A stretch of DNA of 64,000 nucleotides from Felis catus (lineage: Eukaryota): contig NC_058368.1 of assembly GCF_018350175.1 (NCBI RefSeq), positions 208,508,001 through 208,572,000 on the forward strand, written 5' to 3'. The notes beneath the pieces are model-generated. The model had not been told where the DNA came from. It worked only from the letters and a program-made list of their open reading frames with translations, and ran no database searches. Below are positions 25,240 to 36,343 of the stretch, piece after piece; position 1 is the stretch's first letter; every line of letters begins with the position of its first letter. A program made the translations under genes and the position numbers.

Positions 25240-26760
25240 CTGAGCCGGCCCTACAAGGCCAGAGGTGCCCTGGAACTCCTGGCATTTTGGTATTTCCAGC
25301 AATTAGTGGTGCTGAAAATCCTTGAGGGGAAAAAGAACCCAGGCCATGATTTCACAAAGAGAAAACAAACAAACAAATCCCCAAGAGGGGGTGAGAAGGT
25401 GAGCCAGACTTCTACTTTAATTTTAAGAAAAGCATAATTCTGCATTTTCCCTGCTCTGGCTGGCTCTCTGGCACGGGGGAGCAGGGCAGGTAGGCGGCCG
25501 TCCCTCAGGTCAGGCAGTGTATCCAATTTTTATCCTCTGTTAGTTCTGCCTTTTAAAGGTTTCAGACAGACTTAAAATCATCATTTAGGAATCTTAATGT
25601 GAACAGAGGCTCTCAAAGCGGCCTCCTTCTGGTGCTGCCGAGAAGGCTGAACGGGGACACGCTTGAGTGGTGACCGAGTGCTGATAAGCGGGGAGGGGTG
25701 AATTTATGAAGTGAGCAGTTCGTCAAATACACAAGTCACTCAGAATTCATCGAAGCAGGTGTGAAATGACCAGGTTTCAACAGCCGAGGTGGGATGGCAC
25801 TTTGTCATAAGAGAAGCCCCGCTCTTGGGCCAGGGTCGAGTGAGACCACGACTAAGCAGGGCATGCTGTAACCGGGGGCCAGTGCTCCAGAGCTGGCGAA
25901 CCCACGCGGAGATGACAGGCCCAAGCCGGGGGCTCAGCCGAGGATGTGCGGCAGCCACACGGGAGGTTCCCACAGAACCCCCAGCCTCACCCAGTAGCAG
26001 AATGCAGCAAGTACAATTTGATGCACACTGCAGGCTTGTATTTTATTCAGTATAAATATTTTCAATGCAGTTTTAAATATTTTGCAAACCTAAAATAGCA
26101 GCAAGCACGGAGGAGACTTCACTACTCGTTTTCTGCCTCGGTCTTGCAAAACGTGGAGTCGATAATGAGCCTGTTGCTTGTTTTCCATTTTAAACGTTCA
26201 GTTTCCTTAAACGTAGTTCAAAATGAAATGCAAACTTTTCTTTTTTTTTTCTTCCCTTTAAGGAGTGCTTCAACCCAACAAAGCAGGTGAGTTTTATGGA
26301 TAGCATTATTTGGAATAAAATCATTCTTTAACCAGAGAGAGAGAGAGCAAGAGAGAGGGAGCATCGTCCTCGGGCACAGATCTGAAGGGCGCAGGGCCTA
26401 GAAAGTGGAGAGCAGCCTTTCCCAGAGGCTGACAACACAGGTTTGCTCTGAAATCTTTGCGAGAAGAGCCACACACGTGTCACACACAGCCCCTATTAGG
26501 GTGGTGCCTGGCCAGGAAAATCCTGCCGCACAGCCACCCACACGCCACAGCAGCCACATAACTGAAAGAGGCTAAAAAAAAATTAATCCGCAAGCTGAGT
26601 GAAAGCCACCACCGGCCTCTGACACCGTTGAGGGGGTTTGCTTTGCGTTTTTAATAAACAGAAATAGTGTGCAATGCTATGCAGGAAATACAACGTTCTC
26701 GGTACACTCAACCTGGGTGGTGTTCTTGCAGAACAGACGTAAGAGGCAGAACGCTAAGCT
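25240..26760. promoter_or_regulatory. CpG-enriched unique block, candidate enhancer or promoter
   Basis: No recognisable repeats, visibly more CpG than flanks, GATA motif CTGATAAG at 25681, TATAAATA at 26051. Confidence 0.4.
26263..26286 (+). other. Candidate 24-nt microexon (or 3' end of a longer exon)
   Basis: About 25-nt pyrimidine tract plus AG before it, consensus donor CAG|GTGAGT after it; host gene not recognised. Confidence 0.35.
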
Positions 26761-26827
26761 GTTCTTTTCCTCTTTTCATTTTTCTTTTAAAATCTTTGAC
26801 GCTGCTTTTGAGAGGTCAAAGTTCCAG

Positions 26828-26960
26828 GCAAGACCAACTACAGAATCTGCAGGGCCCAGTGAAAAATGAAAATTCAGGGCTCTTGTTCAAAAATTAGTAA
26901 GACTTTCAACATGGTGTCACTAGAACATCAGCCAAGTGCGAGTCCCTTCAGAGCTCGACT
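26828..26960 (-). mobile_element. MER45A-like hAT-Tip100 MITE
   Basis: GGGCCCAGTGAAAAATGAAAAT...CTTGTTCAAAAATTAGTAAGA matches antisense MER45A. Confidence 0.8.
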
Positions 26961-27032
26961 CTGTTGCTTTAGAGGTCACTTATCCTTTTTGCCTTTAGGC
27001 ACAAAGCCTAATGGCAGTCACATCTCTGTTTC

Positions 27033-27248
27033 TTTTTTCTGTAATGTTTGTTTGTTTATCTATTTATTTACTTTTGAGAGAGACAGAGACAGAGAGAGAA
27101 AGTGCACAAGCAGGGGAGGGGTGGGGGACACAGAATCTGAAGCAGGCTCCAGGCTCTGAGCTGTCAGAATGGAGCCATGAAGCAGGGCTCGAACCCAAAA
27201 ACCGTGAGATCATGAGCTGAGCAACCGACTGAGCTACCCAGGTGCCCC
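27033..27248 (-). mobile_element. Carnivore SINE
   Basis: Antisense body; ACA(T/C)CTCTGTTTC on both flanks. Confidence 0.95.
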
Positions 27249-28014
27249 TACACCTCTGTTTCGTCATCGCACAAGGCTGTGCTGCTGAGGCAACCCTACA
27301 GGGGCTTCCATCTCGCCACAGGAGTCACCTTTAGCCCTGGCCATGCCTGCGGAGGGAGCATTGAGGTCTCAGCCGCAAAACCAAGAAGTCAAGGCAGTTT
27401 GCTGACCTGCGGCCAGAGGAAACACGGGAGTTTCTATTTCATTTCCTAAAAATGTTTGTTGTGGGATATTTCTTTCTGATTTAAAAAATAACCCATGCTT
27501 ATTGAAGACAATACAAAAAACACAGAACATCTGAAGAAAACAAAATCACCAGGGCTTCAACCACCCAGATATGACCACTGGTCACATATTATTATAGACC
27601 CTAATTTTTGAATTTTTGCTGTGTGTGTTTTCCGTGTGTGGGGCGGTGGGTGTCTAATTTTCCAAAGCTAGGATCATACTCTAATATTGTTTATAAACTT
27701 TTTCAACTTATTTTATTATCTCCCCTTGTCATTCATTGAATGGTCCTTAATTACCTCATTTTTATAGGTTGTACATTCATCATATATACACATATAGAGA
27801 ATATTATACATTTATAGCACAATGTATTTAACATATATTATGCATATGTGTAATTGATATTTAAAATCTAACATACACACATATGTGTATACACACACCA
27901 AAAAGCATTTAAGCTGGATTATATGAATTTGGTCATTATTCACAAAAACAATACAGTCTATGTCTGGCCACCGTGGTCAGACTGAAAACAAAATTCCCTC
28001 GTCTGTTGGCTTAC

Positions 28015-28087
28015 TTTGCAGTGTTTCAAAAAATGAATTCATTTTTTCAATCATAAATTAAAAAGAACACCAGGGCATCCCCAGCCT
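28015..28087 (-). other. Candidate 73-nt non-coding exon
   Basis: Minus-strand acceptor TTTTTTCTTTTTTTCAG| and donor AAA|GTAAGC; stops in all three frames. Confidence 0.25.
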
Positions 28088-29934
28088 CTGAAAAAAAGAA
28101 AAAAATTCCCTCTGCATAATTGGCACAAAAATCAACCAATTCACTGAGTGCCGTTCTGCCGGGTCTAATAGGTAAATGGCATTTCTTGATATTCCCGAGA
28201 GATGATTCATTTGGAATCGACAAGTGTTCACCAAGGAGATGACCGGCGATACCCCTGCTCACCAACCTGGAGCAGTCCCTCATGCAGTCACGCAGGCGGG
28301 GGCGGCAAAGAGCCTCCAGATTAGAAAGAATAGTGCTAATAATACACCAAAATGTTTCTGAGCGTGAAGAGACGTTTCAGAAGTGGCTTTTCGTTTCAAC
28401 ATTCTTTCAGCAGTTCAGTCAACTTCTCGTAAAATTAATAGTAAATACTTTTTTAAGGGGTGTGTGTGCGCTGGTATTTTTGTGTGATTTGTTTGGTGTT
28501 GTTGAAATATGCTACCCTGGAAAATGCTCAGCTATAAATGCCATTCTTCATAAACATGAGCCGGGCTGCTGATACATGGCTTTGCAGTTCTCTTTGAACT
28601 GTGCTTTTGTTGCTTTCTGTGGCCTTCTTCCCTCAGAGCACGTGTCTGGGAACAAGAGCTGGAGACGCAAAGGTCACGACGTTGTCGTGGAAACAGAACC
28701 TCTCCTCGTGGGCAGAGCTGGCTAACAGCGACCCGCAGCCGCCCCGTGCCAGGCACTGTGCGGGTTTTGCCAGCATCTTCTCTCGTTAACCCTCCAGAAG
28801 CCCTCTTCAGTACTACCAGCCCCATTTTTAGAGTAGAAAACTGAGTGAGACCAGCCAACTCTCCTGCCTAAAGTCGTGCCACTTCGAGATGGCAAAATGG
28901 AGACAGGAATCAAATCTTATTCTCTGAACAACACTGCTTTTCCAGTTGGTCTGCCCCCACGCCCTAGGCGGGAGGAGAACGGGGGCCCACGTGGTTCCAT
29001 TTCTCTGTAGCATCCCAGTGGCTGCAAATGGTGGTGTGGTCACTTTGACAATGATTCTTCCAGTTTCCGCACTTGACAGAATTCGCTAGCGACCAGTTCC
29101 CTGTCATGTGTATTGCTTTAAAGATTGCAACAGGGGCTAGACGAACCCAGAGGAACAGGCCAACATCTTCCTGGTGATCTTAACAATAACCTAAACTTTC
29201 AGAGTTTCCCGAAGAGTGGAAAAGAGGGAAAGCGTATGCGTGTGTGTGTATGTGTGCACGTGTGTATCCAATGAACATGACTTGAAGCCATAGGGATGGG
29301 CAGGAGCTGGATGATAGAAGGAGCAAAGACCTCAAGAACTCCACTCAGAAACACGATAAACCCGAAGTTTGCACACACAGACCCCCCCACCGCTAGTACC
29401 ATAGACTTCACCTGACCTATTTCTATCGATTCCCATTCTACACGTGTATGCACATCCATACCACACCATCTGTTTCACATATTTGCACCTCTGCAAAAAT
29501 CCCATGATTTTCTGCAGGGCTCTAGTGGATGTTTTAAGGGGTCTAAAATCTTTTCTGTGTCAGATTATTTCTGGAGATCAAACTCCAGCTTCAGTTGGGC
29601 GAACACAGGCTGCCAGGTCAGGTGGGGTCAGCGTGTAGATCCTCTGGGGACAGGGACTGCGTCAGCCACTACCCTCCCCATCCCGATACATACTTCCAAT
29701 ACACACACATCAGATTTTCCTCCTTGCACCTGGGTACACGCTGTACTCGGCAAGAAAACTATTTGCAGCTTATTCAAGACAAGTTGGACCAAAGAACTGT
29801 TCATCTTACCTGGTGCCACTGCAGTGCTAAGTGAAAACAAGGCCTGGAAAATGCACCTGTCGACAGTTGTGGGTGGTAAGGGGGAGCTGATACTCTCTCA
29901 ATTATTGTAGGCGTTTGCCCCAAGCCCATCTAAC

Positions 29935-30090
29935 ACTGTGTAACCCACAGAAGTTCCGGGACCTGTGGGACATCGCTGGGAACTTGTGAGAAACGCAGAA
30001 TCCCAAGCCCCACCCCAGACTAGAGAATCAGCACTTGAACGAATCTCAGGTGATTCACATAAAATTTAAGCTTGAAAAGCAGCTCTGCTC
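29935..30090. mobile_element. MER5A-like hAT-Charlie MITE
   Basis: CTGGGAACTTGTGAGAAACGCAGAATCCCAAGCCCCACCCCAGAC...CAGGTGATTC. Confidence 0.75.
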
Positions 30091-30104
30091 TAGAATCCAG
30101 AAGA

Positions 30105-30503
30105 GGCATCATTAACTCTGGTTTCACATTAGAATCACCTGTAGGGATTCTTAACCGGAACAAAAGATAGGCCCCACCATTAGATTTTGATTTACTTTGT
30201 CTGGGGTGCGGCCCAGGCAAAGGTGTATCTCAGAAGTTCCTCTGGAAGGTTGCCAGATTTCGCAAATAAAAATACAGAATACTCAGTTACATTTGAATTT
30301 TTGGATAAACAGGAAAAGGTTTTTGGTTTCTTTATTTTTTTTCTACTGCAAGTATATCCTATGCAGTATTTGGGACATACTTACATTAAGAAATTATCTG
30401 TATTTACCTTAAACGTGAATCTTGTTGGCATCCTGTATTTCATTTGGTAACCCAATCCCCAGGTGATGCTAATGTACGTTCAGGGTTGAGAACTTCTGCT
30501 GTA
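30105..30503. mobile_element. MER5-like element interrupted by MER53
   Basis: CACATTAGAATCACCTG...GGGGTGCGGCCCAGG before and CCCCAGGTGATGCTAATGT...GGTTGAGAAC after the insert. Confidence 0.7.
30248..30432. mobile_element. MER53 palindromic hAT MITE
   Basis: GGTTGCCAGAT...AAATACAG...GGGACATACTTA...CCTGTATTT...TGGTAACCC inverted termini. Confidence 0.85.
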
Positions 30504-30681
30504 AAGAAAGCCTAGTTCTATGCAAATATTTGTCCTGGAATTTTCTGAATGGTCCTGATGTAAAATACTCTCTCCCATGGTGGTGATGAATCATACTTTT
30601 GGAAAAAAGGCCTTTCTCGTCATGACCCTGAGAAGCCACTAGGCCTATGAAAGTCCAGTAATGTTAGTGAATGGAGGAATC

Positions 30682-30885
30682 TAGTTGCCAGGTAACTTAT
30701 ATATACAGGATATGTCCTGTATTTAATGATTTTTGTCTTGTGTCATCTATTGGCTTCGTCAAGACCCCTTAAATGTCTTGTATTCAGCTATTTTTTTTTA
30801 CTAGATTACAAAAATTTGGCAGTCAAAGCTATTTTTCAAATTTAATTGGGTGTCCTATATTTTTATTTGTGAGGTCTGGCAACTA
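30682..30885. mobile_element. Second hAT MITE with MER53/Blackjack-like termini
   Basis: TAGTTGCCAG...CTGGCAACTA inverted ends; TTCAAATTTAATTGGGTGTCCTATATTTTTATTTG is MER53-like. Confidence 0.65.
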
Positions 30886-31920
30886 CGTGGAGAAACTACT
30901 CTGCTAAAATCCTGGAGATTGTATCCTGAGAAATTTGTCATCCCAGATTCGGTACTTGTCTCAACCTCTGCTGAAGTGTTTTACTTCAGTCCTCTGAACT
31001 TCAGCAGGTCAAGTCTGCTGAAAAAATGTGGCTACTCTACCAGCCAAGAATTTCAGTTCATTCTTTGCTGTTCCCGTTATTTAAGTTGAATTTAATAGTT
31101 TGGCACTTACCTCACTCATATATTACACATGGGATAAATTAATATTGACAGACATTTGTTGCTAATAAAATGATCCCAAACTTCTTGGTATTTTCTTTCT
31201 TGAGTTATTTTGAAAAGACTAAAATTAAGACAAGCAGTGGCTATAAAAACAGGGAACTGGGACCCACAGATAAACTGGGATGGACATGAAGTGACTATTC
31301 ATGGGCTTCTGGTTCCCATATGGATCCCAGGGTTGTAGATGCTCCAGAAAAGAAGAGGAAGTTGATGGAGCTCAAGTGTGCTCAGCCAAATAACACAAAC
31401 ATTGTGGGAAACCCTCGGGGAGAGTCTTGATTGGGACCCAGTTGGCTGGGGGTTGTGGGGTAGGGGAGGCGATGACGACCTTATGCTAGAGAGAACATGG
31501 GGCACAGCTGATGCACCAGCCCGCCTGTAAGAGAGAGCTGTTGTTTGTGTCATTTTCTCTCCCTCCCATTCCCTGGCATTATTTCTATATCCATCCTCAC
31601 TGCAGGATAGGAAGCAGCAGATACAAGGTTGCAAGCTGGAATTTCAGGTTGGAAAATTATCCCAGTAGGCATCAAGAAAGCCAAAAGAGAAGGAAAAAAT
31701 TAAGAGAACGATTGGAAGCTTTGAAAGGTAAACATGGAAGTGTCACATCTTTCTAATAGGAATCTCAAGGGGAAGAATGAGAGGAATCAGAGGGAAGGAA
31801 ACAGCATATAAAGCAGACAACACACAAGCACATGTTCAGAGGATTTTAATAACATGATTAAGAAGTGCTGATATATATTAATAAAAGCTCTACACTATAT
31901 ATTCTATAATATAAGCACTA

Positions 31921-31922
31921 AC

Positions 31923-31961
<39 letters not shown>
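31921..31961. repeat. (TA)n microsatellite
   Basis: Direct read. Confidence 0.98.
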
Positions 31962-32035
31962 CCTTCATTATCCACAAACAAAATTAATATCCTTCCAAGC
32001 CCATATAAAACTTCACAAAAATTGGATACATTCTT

Positions 32036-32265
32036 TTTTTTTTTTTTTTTAATTTTTTTTTTCAACGTTTATTTATTTTTGGGACAGAGAGAGACAGAGC
32101 ATGAACGGGGGAGGGGCAGAGAGAGAGGGAGACACAGAATCGGAAACAGGCTCCAGGCTCCGAGCCATCAGCCCAGAGCCTGACGCGGGGCTCGAACTCA
32201 CGGACCGTGAGATCGTGACCTGGCTGAAGTCGGACGCTTAACCGACTGCGCCACCCAGGCGCCCC
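32036..32265 (-). mobile_element. Young feline SINE (SINEC_Fc-type) with 19-bp target-site duplication
   Basis: AAAAATTGGATACATTCTT at 32017-32035 and 32266-32284; long poly-T; CpGs intact. Confidence 0.98.
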
Positions 32266-34463
32266 AAAAATTGGATACATTCTTGACTGCAAAAAAAAAA
32301 AGATTCAAGACATCTCAAGGCATCAACATCATGCAGACTAACTTCTTTGAACCAGTGCAGTGAAATTCAAGATCTATAAAATGATAGCTTTTTAAAAAAT
32401 TCTATGTATCTGAAAGCTAAAGAAAAATACTGACTTCTGAGGAAGATGGTGGAGTAGGAGTATCCAGAGTTCACCTCTTTCCACAGATAAACTAAACAAC
32501 ACCCACATCAGTGTAAATAACCCAGAAAACAACCCAAAGCCTGGAAGAATATATTCTCCACAGCTAAATGTAGAGAAAGGGCCACACTAAAGACAGTAGG
32601 AAAGATGGAGATGTGGTCGAAAGCTAAAGGGACCTGCAGGACCGTTGGTGGAAGGGAGGAGTACCACCTGTGGTGAGAGGGGAGAGAAACAGACCCTCAT
32701 ACCAGGCACCCGCACAGGGAACCCCTATGGGGAAGACGAATCCCTATGACATTTGGCTTTGAAAACCAAAAGAGCATAATTTTGTGAATTCTTACAATCA
32801 GCAGGGCCTAACACACAGAGCTTAAAAAAATCAGCAGACTGGGCTTTGGGAGAGCTGGAGGGCAACGGGCAACTGAGTCCCCACCCTTGAAGACACAGCA
32901 CAAAAAATAGCCCATGGAGATACAACAAAGAAGAAGCAATTTGAAAAATAACTGGGTTAAATGAAAGAGAGTTTTGTTTACTAATCTCAGGGTGTATGGT
33001 AGAGGAGCAGGGTTCCTTGGGAGACTTGTCTAGCAACAAAGGAGCTGGGGTACACCAGTCCCGCCTCCCCGACACCAGCCCGGGCACACAGATGCCTGCG
33101 GGAATCAGCATGGTACAAATACTAGCTACCTAACTTGCTAACAGCAGCCCCCCTAGTCAGGCCTTGGTTCTAGGTCTCCTCCCACAGCAGACAATTGAAA
33201 ACCTTGCTACCACATGTTTCCCCCACCACCCTACCCAAACTCAAGCTTTTACAGATCTCTCCCTCCAACCCAGCAGACCTTGGTCTCACCAGCTGCAGCG
33301 GACCTGCATGAAACTTGCTGGCACTGGGAGCCCAGCCCCCATGTTCTCCTATGAACTTCCCCCCTCTAGTACATCCTTAGCTGGAGCCCTTCCAAAGTGG
33401 TGTCACAAGTGTATAAGTTCAGTGTATAAGCAGGTCTGAGAGGGGCCAGGACCACTCCAAAGTAACTCCCACCCTGGGAAGAGGAGAAGATAGCCACACA
33501 CCAGTCAGACTTTGCCCAGCAGTGAATGGGGGAAGACATCTCGTCTGACTGCAGGCTCTACCCACCAACAAAAGTTTCTCATGGGACATCACAGGGAAAG
33601 CTCCCTGCAGTTCAGTGCTACTATATCTCTGGCAAATGCCAGGTCTGTCACAACTCAATCTCAAGGTGTCCCCATAATGGCCCACTAATAGCACAGGGAC
33701 CAAACTTTGTCCATAACAGGCAAAGAGAGCCATTACAGACTACTGAAGGAAATAGCAGCTTAGCTGCAATAGTTGGGCCCGGAAACACACGTAGGAAACA
33801 TCCCTGAAGGGCCAGGTTTTGGTGAACAGGGGACATTGTACTGCAAGACACTAAAGCACTTCTTCTTCATAAGGCCACTACTTTCAAGAGTAGGAGACAT
33901 AAATGACTTTCCTAACAGATAGAAACAACACAGAGTTAGACAAACTGAAGAGACAGAGAAATATGTCACAAATGAAAGAACAGAACAAAATCACAGCAAG
34001 AGACCTAAATGAACCAAAGGTAAGTAATATGACTCATAGAGAATTTAAAGTAATGGTCATAAAGATACTCACTGGACTTGAGAAGAGACTGGAGGACGTC
34101 AGTGAGATCCTTAATGAGACAAACAAAAAAGAACCAATCAGAGATGGAGAACTCAATAACTGTAATTAAAAATACACTAGATGGAATAAATAGTAGACTA
34201 GAGGAATCAAAGGAAAGGATTAGTGACCTTGAAGACAGAGTCATGGAAAACAATCAAGATGAACAGGAGAAAGAAAAAACAATGACAACAAATGAAAATA
34301 GACTTAAGTAACTCAGTGACACCATTAAGTGTAATAACATTCACATTATAGGGATCCTAGGAGAAGAGAAAGAAAAGGGGGCATAAAATTTATTTGAAGA
34401 GGAAGAGCTGAAAACCTCCCAAATCTGGGGAAGAAAACAGAAATCCAGATCAGAAGTCACAGA

Positions 34464-34676
34464 GGGAGCGCCTGTGTCACTCAGTTGGTTAAGCATCTGG
34501 CTTCAGCTCAGGTCATGATCTCATGGTCTGTGAGTTCAAGCCCCATGACAGGCTCCGTGCTGACAGCTTCAGATTCTGTGTCTCCCTCTCTCTATGACCC
34601 TCTCCCATTCTCTCTCTCTCTCTCTCTCAAAAATAAATGAACATTTAAAATAAAAATTTTTTAATAAATAAAAAAA
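34464..34676 (+). mobile_element. Carnivore SINE inside L1 ORF1
   Basis: AGAAG(T/C)CACAGAG on both flanks. Confidence 0.95.
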
Positions 34677-34792
34677 GAAGCCACAGAGAGTCCCAAACAA
34701 AACCAACACAAGGAGGTCCATGCCAAGATACATAATAATTAAAATGGCAAAACATGGTGATAAAAAGAGAATTTTAAAAGCAGCAAGAGAGT

Positions 34793-35015
34793 GGGGTGCC
34801 TGGATGGCTCAGTCGGTTAAGCGTACAACTTCAGCTCAGGTCATGATCTTGCGGTTTGTGAGTTCGAGCCCCACATGGGGCTCTGTGCTGACAGCTCAGA
34901 GCCTGGAGCCTGCTTCAGATTCTGTGTCCCTGCTCTCTGCCCCTCCCTGACTCATGCTCTGTCTCTGTCTCTCTCTCACTCTCTCAAAAATAAATAAGCA
35001 TTAAAAAAAAAAAAA
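34793..35015 (+). mobile_element. Carnivore SINE inside L1 ORF1
   Basis: GCAGCAAGA on both flanks. Confidence 0.95.
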
Positions 35016-35027
35016 AGGCAGCAAGAC

Positions 35028-35100
35028 AGGGCCGCCTAAGTGGCTCAGTTGGTTAAGGTCTGACTTTAGCTCAGGTCTTGATTTCACAGTTCACGAGTTC
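35028..35100 (+). mobile_element. 3'-truncated SINE head fused to L1 ORF2
   Basis: GTGGCTCAGTTGGTTAAG...GAGTTC then an abrupt switch to L1 ORF2 sequence. Confidence 0.85.
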
Positions 35101-36143
35101 AATTCAATCTCAACAACATATTAGCCAAATGAATCCAACAATATATTTAAAAAGTCATTCACCATGATCAAGTGGGATTTATTCCTGGGATGCCAGGGTA
35201 GTTCAATATTTGCAAATCAATCAAGATGATACATCACATCAACAAGAGAAAAAAATTTTAAAAATATGATCATTTCAATAGATACACAAAATGCATCTGA
35301 CAAAGTACAACATCCATTCATGATAAAAATCCTCAACAAAATAGGTTTAGAGGGAACATACCTCAACATAATAAAGGCCATATATAAAAAACCCACAGCT
35401 AACATCATACTCAATGGTGAAAAACTGAGAGCTTTCCCCCTAAGATCAGAAATAAGACAAGGATGTCCACTCTCACCACTTTTATTCAACATAGTACTGA
35501 AAGTCCTAGCCACAGCAATCAGATAAGAAAAAGAAATAAAACTCATCCAAATTTGTAAGGAAGAAGTAAAACTTTCATTATTTGCAGAGGACATGAGGAT
35601 ATGATACTATACATGAAAAACCCTTATAGAGTCCACCAAAAAACTAGTAGAACTGATAAATGAGTTCAGTAAGGTCACATGATACAAAATCAATATACAG
35701 ATATCCAATGTATTTCTGTATAGTATAATGAAGTATACTAATAATGAAGTAGCTGAAAGAGAAATTAAGAAAACAATCTCATTTACAATGACACCAAAAG
35801 TAACAAAATATGTAGGAGTAAACGTCACCAAGGAGATGAAAGACCTGTGGTCTTAAAACTATAAAACATTGATAAAGAAACTGAAGATGACACAAACAAA
35901 TGGAAAAATATTCCATGCTCACAGATTGGTAGAACAAATGCTGTTAAAATGTCCTTACTACCCAAAGCAATCTACAGATTTAATGCAATCCCTATCAAAA
36001 TACCAACAGCATTCTTCACAGAACTACAACAAATAATCCTAAAATTTATATGGATCCACAAAAGACCTTGAATGGCCAAAGCAATCTTGAAAAAGAAGAA
36101 CAAAATGGAAGTATCATAATCCCAGGTATAAAGAGATACTAGT

Positions 36144-36343
36144 GAGGTGCCTTGGTGGTGCAGTCAGTTAAGCATCCAACTCTTGATCTCAGCTCAGGTC
36201 ATGATCTCACGGTTCATGAGTTTGAACCCCACGTTGGGCTCTGTGCTGATGGTGCAGAGCCTGCTTGGGATTCTGTCTCTCTTTCTCTCTGCCCTTCTAC
36301 CACTTGTGTTCCCTCTCTCTCTTAAAATAAACTTTAAAAAAAT
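36144..36343 (+). mobile_element. Carnivore SINE inside L1 ORF2
   Basis: TAAAGAGATACTA on both flanks. Confidence 0.95.

Noticed and set aside
28175..28205. FLDIP-like peptide reminiscent of RhoGEF DH domains
   Set aside because: Only a few residues match, the frame has nearby stops and there are no fitting splice sites.
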